From the IMG/VR virus record IMGVR_UViG_3300027631_000002, positions 64,001-128,000 of that record: a stretch of 64,000 nucleotides of DNA, one strand, 5' to 3'. The stretch's first letter is position 1, and each line of letters begins with the position of its first letter. Under the pieces are notes generated by a model. That model was not told the DNA's origin, did not search any database, and saw only the letters and a list, made by a program, of their open reading frames with translations. The stretch is from a virus. Positions 28,112 through 38,800 of this stretch are shown piece after piece. The translations under genes and the position numbers were made by a program.

Positions 28112-28149
28112 TATATATTAAATATCAAGAACTCAAAATTTAATATATA
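28112..28149. promoter_or_regulatory. divergent pair of putative late promoters
   Basis: TAATATATA on minus (28112-28120) and on plus (28141-28149). Confidence 0.7.
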
Positions 28150-28169
28150 ATCAAAACTTAATAAACTTA

Positions 28170-31100
28170 ATGTCAAGTCACGAAAACTTATATTTCTTTA
28201 ATAAACAGGGAGATGCTCTAAACTTCAGATATGATGAAACAACTCAATTATTTCAAGGAGATATTCTTTTTGATGAGAATTCAACAGATACTTTTAAAAC
28301 ATATGCTCTTTATACATTGGAGAGAATACCATCATTTGAATTTGAGTCACCAGGTGAATTAGGAACTAATAAATTTCAGTTATTTAATGAGTATGGATTT
28401 CATTTTTATGGATGTACAAACTCATTAAACAAACAGATAACTAAGATAGAGCCAGTAAATAATGATCCTGACTTCTATTCTAAATGGATATATGGTAGTA
28501 ACTTTGAATCAACATTTCCAGTAGGAACTTTGATTATATTTAATCAAACATTATTAGAATTTACTAATCCAGATCAAACATTTGTTGTTGTTGGTACAAA
28601 AAAGGGAGCAATTTTAATTATATCAACAGTTGATAACTCTACCTTTGAAAGTAATTATTATGGAGATTATTCTAATACTAATCTATATGTTGGTAAAACA
28701 ATATCTGGTATAAATGCAGTTGGTATTTATAACTATATTGATACAAATTATGTAAATAACTTATCAGTTTGGAATGAACAAAACTTTTATGATAAAGTTT
28801 ATAGAGGTAAAAAGTTAAATGTAGTAAATAGTAATATAAATGATGGTATTTATACTATAAAGGGTCCAGAGATAACAGATATTATACACTTTGAATATTT
28901 AACTAGTCCTGCTTTACTACCGACAAACTCTGATTTAATTATTGAGGTTGTTTTAGGAACAGATTTGCCAAAGTTATATGATGGTGGTTTAGAAATAACA
29001 GCAGATAGTAAAATATTAGTAACTAACTATATATACTATCCAACTATGTTAAAGTCTAGACAAGAATTTAAGGTAGTTGGTTCTGTAACAAATGAAAACT
29101 TCTTTACAACTGCAGATACTTATGACTTTACTTCAAATAATAATATAAAGTTTTATAATTTAGATGATCAAGTTACTTTTGATGGTAAACTATATCAGTG
29201 TGTTCAAGCTTATACTCATAGTCACGCGGATGAGACAACTAGGTTTATAAATCCTTCTAATGATAATACTCACTGGTCAAATCCAACATTTATTAGAGTA
29301 AATGAATCGACAGTGAATGAATCATTATTATTTGCACAGATATATCTAACAAAAGAAAAGTACTACTACGATTATGGTTTTACTCAATCTAGTTATGTAA
29401 CAATGGCTGCCGCGGCAGAGAAATATAAAACTGATTTAGATATATTTAATGTTGATCTTTATTATGATAAGGGTTATTTAAAGGCAGATTTAGTTTATCC
29501 AAGTAGATATGCGGTTGTTAATTTCTATCATACACAGGTTGGACCAACATACTCGATAGGAAGTGAATATAGGTCATTTGAGAGACTTATTGAGGTAAAT
29601 GAGACTCTTAAACCTGAATTTAATTATGATTACTCAGAGAACTTTAAATACAATATAGTTTTTACTGATTTAGATGAGTATGGTTTAAAGATAATTATAA
29701 ACAAAATGGTTTATGAAGAGCAAATATCTTATGTTTATACTGGAATTGGTTTAGACTTACCAAGAACAATTGATAGAACTCTTAGAAATTGGATAACGAG
29801 AAATTATATTAGTTTATATAAACTTGGTATCAACGCTGAGTTGGACTATACATATGTTGCAGGTGGACCTATTAGCTCAGTATTTTTTAATTCAATAGTT
29901 ATTAAAACTGAATATCCTAATGTACCAATTGATGTTAGTTCTGTATTAGTTGGAACTACTGCGAATTATTTTATTGAACATTCAAGAGTACTTTTTAATG
30001 ATTTGGGACCTTCTTTAAATATAAAGATAAATAATAAAGATAATATCATCCAAACATCAAACTTTTATGTATTAGATATAAATGCTAATTTACTACCACT
30101 TAATAGTGAAATTATTGGTGCAACTGCAGGGACATACAGTACAATATTTAGTACCGGTGATACTGCAAATATATCTGTTGGTGTTGATGGAAAGGTATCA
30201 TCAATTGTACTTTCATCAGTTGGTAATATTGGTTATTCAATAGGTGCAACATTTAGTTTAGAATTTGGTAATAGTAGTGGTACATCATCTATTATATTTG
30301 AGGTTGACGACAGAGATTTACAAAGAAAAGCTGACATTCCTAAAACTTTAAAAAGTTGGTGTGATTTGTATTCAAATGATTTAAAAGAGTATGGATTTCT
30401 TATTACTAATATAAATAGTGTTTTAAAGTTTGATATTAAACAAACTGATGTTGCATTTGATTATACTATTACAACAGGTAAAGTAAATCTACCTGGTTTA
30501 AATGATTATAAAATAACAAAAAAGATAAAAGGTAATCAAGGCACTTTAGTTGCTTCTAATGAAGTTATTTTATCCGCATCATCATCATTATCATTTGAAC
30601 AGGAAGGATTCGCCACTGGTATGGTATTTTCACTTAATAATACATACTGGCCTTGGATGAATCAAGAGTTTGCTATTGAGTTCTTAGATCCACATGTATT
30701 AAATTTAAGTTATCAAGGTCCTTTCTGGGATTATAACAATATAATTTGTAATAAATCTCCATTTGTTACTATTGCATTTAATTTAGGATTTGGACAAACA
30801 GAATGTGATCCTATTAGTTCTACTGGTGGCGGTCAGTTTAATCAGTATCAGTTTAGTGATACACAATTTAATATAAACTTTTATCCTAATACTTATGCTG
30901 TTACTGAATATGAATCAACTACTAATTTAGTTGATATTAAGTATATACAACTATCAGAGACTATACTTTCTTTAGGTGATGATTTAGTTGTACATGACTC
31001 ATACAGTGGAACATATATTACGACAATTACTTTACCAGGTAATGTTACTAGTATTAAAATGGAATTTAACCCTATAAATAATTATATTTATTGTTTATCC

Positions 31101-34100
31101 TTAAATAAAGTTTATATTGTTGATCCATCTACAAATTATTTACTTACATCATTTTCTTTAGCTAATGATGTGGCAGACTTATTAGTAAATCCTGATAGTG
31201 GTGATGTTTATATTACTTATAGTAACTTATCCGAGGTACACATCTTTAAATCTACAACATTTAACTCAGTTCAAGATTATACCATTATTTCTACTTTTGG
31301 TAGTACTGGTAGAATGGCTTATAATGAATTTGAGAATGATATTTATGTTGTTACGGTTGATAATATTTTAAGAATTGATGGTAATGCAAGACAAATACAG
31401 GTAATCTATAATCTACCTGGAGTTATTGATTATATATTATATGAACCTGCAAATGAGTCTATGTTTGTTTACGATTCTACAAACCTGTATAAAATTGATA
31501 ATGGAATACTTGTATCTCTATCAATTACAACTCAGTTATTTAATGATATTATTTTTAATAATTTAACTGGTGATATGAATATATCAGACTCTTCTTTTGA
31601 AGTAGCAAAATTAGGATTAGATGGTAATATTTTAAAACAAACCGATATTGCAAACTATGGATATATGGCATTGAATCAATATGATGGTGCGATTTATATA
31701 TCATCACAAAGCGGAAACTCAGTGATTGTTATAGATTCGATAACACAACAGTTGGTTTACTCGAATTCACTTGCCGCACCAACAACAAAAATAATTTATA
31801 ACCCTGATAGAAAATCTATGTGGGTATTACAACCATCATTTAATCAAATAGTTGAAATAGAAGTAGGTCTGAATAACGATGGAACGATAGTGGTTGGTAC
31901 AGCAAGTTATATTAATGATAATGTATATGGTACTTTGGATCCTAATTTTGAGGAAAGAGATGATATGTGGTTAAAAACTAGAGATTATTTTAGAAGACCT
32001 AGAGAAAACTTCACAGATGATTATCGAGTAGAATATTATTGGAAATGGTTTTCGGATAATGTACCACAATTCTTTCTATATGATTTTTATGGTGATCAAT
32101 TATCTCGAACAACAACTGGATCATATTCATATGTTGGACCAACTCCTTTAAATAATATTGTTTTAAATAGAAATTCTAATACTGATTTATCTAAGGTTTC
32201 TGTATCTGAATATCAACAAACAATTTTTGATAGAATTGATTATTCATTAAGTTATATTGATGATGAGGTTGACATTTCTACTTCTGTAGAACCACTTCAA
32301 CTATTTGTTGGATTTCAATCACAAAATGAAGGAGCTCTTCGTTCTATACTACAATTGTATAAAAGAGAGGATATAAACTTTACTATTGAAACTAAAGAAG
32401 ATACAGAAGTAATTTTACAAACATTGGATATAAATGGTCCTGATAAAAGAGGTTTAATATCTCTTAGTACATACTCAACTGAGTATTTTACTGATAAAGG
32501 TTTAAAACCAGGTCAGCATATTGTAATCTATATTAAAGATAAGACTAGTCATATAAATCAGTATATATCATATAATAATGGTACTTTACTTAAAATTAGA
32601 GAGGTTTATTCAAAATCTTTAATAGTAGATTTCTTTAATTTATCAACCGATATTATAGAACTAGAATCAACAACTGTTAATCATCCAACTGCAAATGATT
32701 TACTTTATTTAAGTTTTGGTATTAAAGTTATTGATAAGGAAATAGGTAGATTTTTTACTTATGGTCAGACAGAAGAAGAAGATATTAGACACAAGATTGA
32801 ATTAGGTAATGTTGGTAAACTAATTTCACCAGAAGATGTATTTATATTTAAACAATATGATATTGAAGAAGGTGGTATTGACTGGGTTTATTTGAATATG
32901 AAGAGAAAGGAAATGTTGATGATGAAACATTTGATATATCCTTATATTGGATCTTATAAATCAATTATAAATGCTATAAACTTCTTTGGTTATAATGACT
33001 TGGAATTAAATGAATACTATAGAAATATTGATACCAACTCTGCTAATTTTTTAAAGTTATTTAAAGTTGAGATTCCTGATATTTTTGATAATAGTGTTGA
33101 AGGTTGGACTGAGAATGACTTTATTAAACATACGATGCCAAATGATAACTTTGAGGATACCAATTTATTTAATTTAACTTATTTTATTACTGATAAAGAA
33201 GGTAATAATACTTTAAACTATACATTAGATGAGGTTATTATAAAACTTCAAGGATTGAAATACTGGTTAAAGAAAAATATTATCCCTCTAACACATAAGA
33301 TACTTGATATTACTGGTAATGCTTACTTTACTGGAGGAACTCAAATACAACATAAATTACAAGATACTAGAATAGTAAATATTTATGATAATATGACACC
33401 GATTACATCTAAATTAAATGAAGCTTATCTTATGCCTGTAAATAGTGGTTCTACGGTGTATAACTGTGTATTAGATTTTTATTCAATTATTCCAGATGTT
33501 GGTGCAGATAAAACCAAAACTGGTTTAGTTGTACCACCAAAACCTTTTAATGGTAAGACACTAAATTTACCAGACTACTTTACTATTAAAATTAGAACTT
33601 ATAAAACATATAAAGAATGGGCACCGTTTGTTAGTTATGATTTTGGTGACAGAGTAACTTATTATGGTAAGTTATATGAATCAGTTTATCAAAGAGTAGA
33701 GTTTAACATGTTAGTGAATCTTACTAATAAAGTAAACTCTCCTAGAAAGTATGAAAATGTTACTAAATGGATATCTAACCAGTCATACTCGGAAACAAGT
33801 TTAGTTGAATATAATAGAGATATTTATGTTTTATTGAGTCCAACCCAATCAACTACTACACCATATTCTGATTTTACTACTAATATTCAAACTGAAACTT
33901 TTATTTGGAACAAAGTGACAGAGTGGAAGGAAATGGATTGGGATCCAGTTCAAACCATTTCGGAATTTAGACAAGGAAATGACTTATTGCCATTCAATTT
34001 TACATTAGACTCAAATATTGATCCATTTGTAGCAGTAGAGGTAGTATCTGATAATGGATATGGTTGTATTTATAATGATAAAAATAATTATGAAATAAGA

Positions 34101-34244
34101 GGATTAAAAGATTTAGTAGAGCCTTATAAACCTATTGAAACAATAGGACCATTTGTTCCTATTATAATCAATACTACACCACCAAGACGACCAAGACGTA
34201 TATTTACACAATTATCTTCACAGATTATAGAAGAAAACCCTTAG
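28170..34244 (+). CDS. giant baseplate wedge-type structural protein (gp7-like) with beta-propeller and CBM-like modules
   Basis: 2024 aa; repeated F/YNPxNxxxYV blades; two short modules DDQVTFDGKLYQC and GDRVTYYGKLYES; C-terminal PYIGSYKSIINAINFFGY resembles the P2 gpI/gp7 wedge domain; late promoter upstream. Confidence 0.65.
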   Translation: MSSHENLYFFNKQGDALNFRYDETTQLFQGDILFDENSTDTFKTYALYTLERIPSFEFESPGELGTNKFQLFNEYGFHFYGCTNSLNKQITKIEPVNNDPDFYSKWIYGSNFESTFPVGTLIIFNQTLLEFTNPDQTFVVVGTKKGAILIISTVDNSTFESNYYGDYSNTNLYVGKTISGINAVGIYNYIDTNYVNNLSVWNEQNFYDKVYRGKKLNVVNSNINDGIYTIKGPEITDIIHFEYLTSPALLPTNSDLIIEVVLGTDLPKLYDGGLEITADSKILVTNYIYYPTMLKSRQEFKVVGSVTNENFFTTADTYDFTSNNNIKFYNLDDQVTFDGKLYQCVQAYTHSHADETTRFINPSNDNTHWSNPTFIRVNESTVNESLLFAQIYLTKEKYYYDYGFTQSSYVTMAAAAEKYKTDLDIFNVDLYYDKGYLKADLVYPSRYAVVNFYHTQVGPTYSIGSEYRSFERLIEVNETLKPEFNYDYSENFKYNIVFTDLDEYGLKIIINKMVYEEQISYVYTGIGLDLPRTIDRTLRNWITRNYISLYKLGINAELDYTYVAGGPISSVFFNSIVIKTEYPNVPIDVSSVLVGTTANYFIEHSRVLFNDLGPSLNIKINNKDNIIQTSNFYVLDINANLLPLNSEIIGATAGTYSTIFSTGDTANISVGVDGKVSSIVLSSVGNIGYSIGATFSLEFGNSSGTSSIIFEVDDRDLQRKADIPKTLKSWCDLYSNDLKEYGFLITNINSVLKFDIKQTDVAFDYTITTGKVNLPGLNDYKITKKIKGNQGTLVASNEVILSASSSLSFEQEGFATGMVFSLNNTYWPWMNQEFAIEFLDPHVLNLSYQGPFWDYNNIICNKSPFVTIAFNLGFGQTECDPISSTGGGQFNQYQFSDTQFNINFYPNTYAVTEYESTTNLVDIKYIQLSETILSLGDDLVVHDSYSGTYITTITLPGNVTSIKMEFNPINNYIYCLSLNKVYIVDPSTNYLLTSFSLANDVADLLVNPDSGDVYITYSNLSEVHIFKSTTFNSVQDYTIISTFGSTGRMAYNEFENDIYVVTVDNILRIDGNARQIQVIYNLPGVIDYILYEPANESMFVYDSTNLYKIDNGILVSLSITTQLFNDIIFNNLTGDMNISDSSFEVAKLGLDGNILKQTDIANYGYMALNQYDGAIYISSQSGNSVIVIDSITQQLVYSNSLAAPTTKIIYNPDRKSMWVLQPSFNQIVEIEVGLNNDGTIVVGTASYINDNVYGTLDPNFEERDDMWLKTRDYFRRPRENFTDDYRVEYYWKWFSDNVPQFFLYDFYGDQLSRTTTGSYSYVGPTPLNNIVLNRNSNTDLSKVSVSEYQQTIFDRIDYSLSYIDDEVDISTSVEPLQLFVGFQSQNEGALRSILQLYKREDINFTIETKEDTEVILQTLDINGPDKRGLISLSTYSTEYFTDKGLKPGQHIVIYIKDKTSHINQYISYNNGTLLKIREVYSKSLIVDFFNLSTDIIELESTTVNHPTANDLLYLSFGIKVIDKEIGRFFTYGQTEEEDIRHKIELGNVGKLISPEDVFIFKQYDIEEGGIDWVYLNMKRKEMLMMKHLIYPYIGSYKSIINAINFFGYNDLELNEYYRNIDTNSANFLKLFKVEIPDIFDNSVEGWTENDFIKHTMPNDNFEDTNLFNLTYFITDKEGNNTLNYTLDEVIIKLQGLKYWLKKNIIPLTHKILDITGNAYFTGGTQIQHKLQDTRIVNIYDNMTPITSKLNEAYLMPVNSGSTVYNCVLDFYSIIPDVGADKTKTGLVVPPKPFNGKTLNLPDYFTIKIRTYKTYKEWAPFVSYDFGDRVTYYGKLYESVYQRVEFNMLVNLTNKVNSPRKYENVTKWISNQSYSETSLVEYNRDIYVLLSPTQSTTTPYSDFTTNIQTETFIWNKVTEWKEMDWDPVQTISEFRQGNDLLPFNFTLDSNIDPFVAVEVVSDNGYGCIYNDKNNYEIRGLKDLVEPYKPIETIGPFVPIIINTTPPRRPRRIFTQLSSQIIEENP

Positions 34245-34263
34245 ATAAAATCTAAGGGTTTTT
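34234..34263. terminator. bidirectional intrinsic terminator overlapping a stop codon
   Basis: AAAACCCTTAGA-TAAAA-TCTAAGGGTTTT; same stem as 21897. Confidence 0.85.
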
Positions 34264-34275
34264 ATTTTTTGATTA

Positions 34276-34935
34276 CTACTTTACTTCTTCAAATTCAATT
34301 TCTGTTTGATTACTTTTAACATCTTGAGTAACTCCTTCTTCAAAACAAGCAACCCAGTCTAAGACATCTGTTGAAACATTCTTACCAATAGTATCATAAT
34401 AGTTAAAAACTTTACTAACTGCACCAATTCTTTTAAGAATTTCAGAAAATGTATAAGTATCTTTTGTAAGACCTTTAACTTTATGTTCTGCAATTAAATG
34501 GTAGATATATGTTATCTCTGTTGCATCTACTAAGAATGGAATAGAGTCTGTATCATTTGTAAATTTATCTGCTCTCATAGTTCCTAGTATTTCTGTTAGT
34601 TCAATTGCTAAGAATATAGTATTTACATCATATTCTAATTTGCTTTGAATTAAATCACTTAAAAATTTCCATTGAACTCTATTTAAGTTAAAGTTATACT
34701 TAGTTGATTTTAATGCGTTTGTATAATTGATACAAAGTTCTTGAGCACTTTTATAAAGACTGTCTTTTTCTAATTCGGTTTTCCCTTTACCATTATTATT
34801 TTTGATAAAGTCTAATATTGCTTGATATTTATTATCTAGATTAGATTCAAAACCTTCTCCAATATTTTTATAATCTATATCATTTTCTGTAAAAATAACA
34901 CTTGGTTTAATTACGTTTGTTTGTATATCTGACAT
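34276..34935 (-). CDS. hypothetical protein
   Basis: 219-aa ORF. Confidence 0.75.
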   Translation of the reverse strand: MSDIQTNVIKPSVIFTENDIDYKNIGEGFESNLDNKYQAILDFIKNNNGKGKTELEKDSLYKSAQELCINYTNALKSTKYNFNLNRVQWKFLSDLIQSKLEYDVNTIFLAIELTEILGTMRADKFTNDTDSIPFLVDATEITYIYHLIAEHKVKGLTKDTYTFSEILKRIGAVSKVFNYYDTIGKNVSTDVLDWVACFEEGVTQDVKSNQTEIEFEEVK

Positions 34936-34951
34936 ACTTTTTTAATTATTT

Positions 34952-35377
34952 TTATACGATAAAATCGTTATCTTTATCCTCTTTTTGCTCTGCAAATAAA
35001 GTTTCCACCTGATTGGCTCTACTAACCTTTTCAACACCATATTTTACTACAATTGATGAAAATGTATTAAAGTCAGTTCCTACTAACTTAATCTTTCCAC
35101 TTTCTAAATTCATGTTGATTTTATCAATTTCTTGTTCAATTAAGATAGTTCTTGATTCCTCATCAAAGGCATCCATTAAATCTTCATTGATAGTAATTTT
35201 TAAATCCTTTTTAAGAACAAATGCGTAGTCATCTGCAATTTTAGAGATTTTAATAAGTTGTTTTTGTTTTTTAACTCCGATAAATTCAAATTCTATTTTT
35301 ACCGGAAATGTTTTTTTATTAAAAACATCAAAAAAATCATTTATTGTATCTTCCGATAGCTCATAAAAATTATCCAT
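34952..35377 (-). CDS. degenerate phage metallopeptidase-like protein
   Basis: ITINEDL..AFDEESRTILIEQEIDKI...TDFNTF..IV.KYG lines up with the HELxH...HDVEEF..VV.RYG family but lacks the His ligands. Confidence 0.55.
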   Translation of the reverse strand: MDNFYELSEDTINDFFDVFNKKTFPVKIEFEFIGVKKQKQLIKISKIADDYAFVLKKDLKITINEDLMDAFDEESRTILIEQEIDKINMNLESGKIKLVGTDFNTFSSIVVKYGVEKVSRANQVETLFAEQKEDKDNDFIV

Positions 35378-35397
35378 ATTATATTTTATATTTTTAT

Positions 35398-35423
35398 ATT
35401 ATAAAGAAATATAAAAGAAAGTT
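35398..35423 (-). promoter_or_regulatory. putative middle-type promoter
   Basis: AACT-N16-TATAAT. Confidence 0.5.
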
Positions 35424-35425
35424 TA

Positions 35426-35857
35426 CTAATTTTTAAGTAAAAAGTAAGATATGATACCTAATATTGTTAAGGCAGGAATAAATTTATAATAAAGACTATT
35501 ATAAAGTTTAGGTGTCTCAAGTAGTGAGAATCCAATTACAATTAGATAAGAATATTTGTCAACTTTTTTAATCTCATATGATCTAAAAAGTTCAACTAAT
35601 CCTTTCGAATTTAGGAATCTCGCAACTTCTGCACTATATTCTCTAATATAAGTTTCTGATATTCTATCAATATCTGTTTTTTTTAGTGAATAAGCTTCAC
35701 CAACAAGCTCTTCAGGAACATTTAAAACAGTATATAATCGATAAGCATTATCGACTCTTATATTTAAGTTTTTCTCAAGATCTACTTTGTTCTCTTTAAC
35801 TATTCTTCTATAAGATAGAAAAAGTTTTAATTTTTTTAAAAAAGATATTTTGTTCAT
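35426..35857 (-). CDS. hypothetical protein with C-terminal TM
   Basis: C-terminal FIPALTILGIISYFLL. Confidence 0.7.
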   Translation of the reverse strand: MNKISFLKKLKLFLSYRRIVKENKVDLEKNLNIRVDNAYRLYTVLNVPEELVGEAYSLKKTDIDRISETYIREYSAEVARFLNSKGLVELFRSYEIKKVDKYSYLIVIGFSLLETPKLYNSLYYKFIPALTILGIISYFLLKN

Positions 35858-35863
35858 AATTAT

Positions 35864-35890
35864 ATTATATGTATTTATATGGTATTTGTT
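35864..35890 (-). promoter_or_regulatory. putative middle-type promoter
   Basis: AACA-N17-TATAAT. Confidence 0.45.
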
Positions 35891-38800
35891 TTAAAACAAA
35901 TTAGTAAACCAGTTACCACCACCGCCACTATTTCCACCACCTACAACAGATTTAGTTTGTACCTGACCTTCAGATGCACCAGAAACATGTTGATCTAAAG
36001 TCATAGTAGTCTGATTTATATTACTTAATAATTGAATAATCATATCAAGTTGGTCATTCGTATTCATTTTTGATTTACCACCTTTGAGAGGTGCTGCTGT
36101 CGGTGCTAATTTTTTATCACCAACTACTGGACGCTTTGTTTTCGTGCCATCATATTCAACCAACTTACTAAATACACTTGCTCTTTCTTCAAGAGTTCTC
36201 ATCATATTTTCTAAATTATCCTTATTCATTGAAGCTAACACTGCTAAATTACCAGTTAGATTTCTTATTAGGCCAACCTTCTTACCATCTATTGATGAAA
36301 GTGCACCACCAAACTTCTTCAATGATGTTGCTAACTTATCATAAGCTCCTGCAATAGTAATCATACCTCTGGCTGCCTGTGAAATAGGATCTAATCCAAG
36401 TAATGATTTTACTCCACTAAAGAAACCAGAATTTTTATCAACACTGGTTAGGTAATTTGCTAGTTTTGCATAATCCATCACATTTTTGGATAAATTCTTC
36501 ATATAGTTAGGATCAATATTTTTTGAAAAATATTGTCTTCCTGACCAAATAGTTTTTGCCGCCTTCACTAATGAAAGTGCTACTAAATTAGTTTTCGCCA
36601 ATCCAAATAGACTTGTATTCATTAAACGATTACTTAGACTTTTGTATCCAGTTAAATTTCTCGTTAAACTTGGAACAAACGCATTATTCATAGGGGTAAA
36701 ATACCTTTTATTATTATGAATTATTTTTGCAGTCGATATCATTGAATACGCAATAAAGTTTATGTTCAAAAGACTAACCGGATCAACATCCATTAAATCG
36801 GTTGCAAGTTTAACATAACTTTTAATCGATTTTGATATGTTAGTTATCCATGTACTTGGTGGATAGGAATTCCAAATAGCTTTTTTAACTGTTCCAAATT
36901 TGTTTGCGACTGAAACTATCGCATTCGCAACTGATTTAATTCCATATACCATATCATTTGCGGCATCTGCACCTGAAGTAAACCAACCACTATTTTCACT
37001 CATATAAGTAAATACTGGTGCAAAAGCTTGTAAAGCTCCTCCAACATTTTTACCCCAATCTGCAGAAGGTGTATTTGATAAATCAAATTTAGACTTATTT
37101 ACACCAAACGCATCAGCTGCTGCAATTATACCATCTACAATAGTTAGTATACCTGCTTTCATATCTTCTGGAGTAACTTTTGTACTAAACATACCACCAC
37201 TACTAAGTGCTGCATATACAGGTGCAAAAGCGGCTATAGCACCACCAACTCCCTCTGCCCACTCTTTAGGTGGCCCACCTTTAAAACTATTTTTAACTTT
37301 AGGATCTGAAAAAAAGTTTGCCGCATCTACAATACCCATTGACACTGTTCTTATCGCTTGTGCAAAATCATCTGGACCAACTCCACCACCAAATAAACTC
37401 ATTATTTTATTTGCTGCCAACATTGCATAAACCGGTGAGAATGCTGCCAATGCAAGAGCAATTCCTCCTGCCCATTCTAATGTAGGTCCACCTGTAAAAT
37501 TACCTTTTGATAAGATTGCGGCCGAATCAACTATTGTTTGTGCAATCAATAAAACAGCTTCACCACCTGCAACTAATGCGGCCATTCCTAATCCAAACGA
37601 TAAAAGAATTACACTACCTAAACCAGCCATTGCTAAACCAAATGCAGTCAAACTTATACCAACACCCATTGCCCATCCTAAACCAGGATAGTTAGCATAT
37701 TTACCTTCTGATAAAATATAAGAAGCGGCAACTATTACTGCTGCAATCCCTACTATAGCAAGTGCTCCTAATGCTAGTGCTGCTCCACCAATACCAGTTT
37801 CAATTATTAAACCAAATACTGTGGCAATTAAACCAAATGCTAATATAGAAGCACCTGTACCAAGTGCCCATTTCCAACCAGGATAATTATCATATTTACC
37901 TTCTGAAATTAAAAGTGATGATACTGCTACAACTCCAGCTAGTATAATCATACATAATCCACCTTCTATAATCTTCTTAATTCCTATTTTTGCAAGTACA
38001 AAAGCGGCAAATCCCATTGCAATTGCGGATATCGCAAAAACAATAGAGAATACTACAATATTAAATAATAGAGCATAGTCAATTGGAGTAGTTTCCGCTA
38101 ATATTTTAGAAGATAACATAATTGCAATTGATAATGCAGTAAATAATAGAGGTAATACAACAACATCTCCCAGTTTTATGTTTTTAATTGCAGGAGCCAT
38201 TAGTTTTAAAGCAAATGCTAATACGACAAATATTATTGATATACCAATTGCTGTAATAAATTTAGCAAAAGTTATTGGAACTACCTCACCCAAATATTCT
38301 GATGATTTTGCTATTGCCATTGACATTGCTATAAGTAATAATGGCATCAATATTGCAGCAACTGCTGCCTGTGCTGGATCTAAACCTTTAAATGCACCTA
38401 TTAGTTTTTTAATCCCAAATGAAATTACTGTAAACATTGCTGCGATTAAAATACCTGTTATCGCTTGTGCAAATGATATCGGAACTATCATTTGTAATAC
38501 CCAAGATGATAGTGCAATTCCTAATGCAATTGCTGGTAATATTAGAGGTAAAAATAAAATAGCTTTTCCTAATGTTGATATATCGGCACCTAGTGCGTTT
38601 ATCAATTTTTTAATTCCAAATGCAATTACTGTAAACATACCTGCTATTAAGATTGCAGTAAATGCCTGAGCAAATGATATTGGTTTTACAAATGCCAATA
38701 CCCAAGATGATAGTGCAATTCCCAATGCAATTGCTGGTAATAAAATCGGTAGAAAAAGAATAGACTTACCTAATGTTACTATATTTTCTCCTAGTGCTAA

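Noticed and set aside
21897-34263. Identical stems at 21897 and 34234 as mobile-element ends
   Set aside because: Each is a self-contained terminator hairpin after a structural gene; there is no transposase or target duplication.
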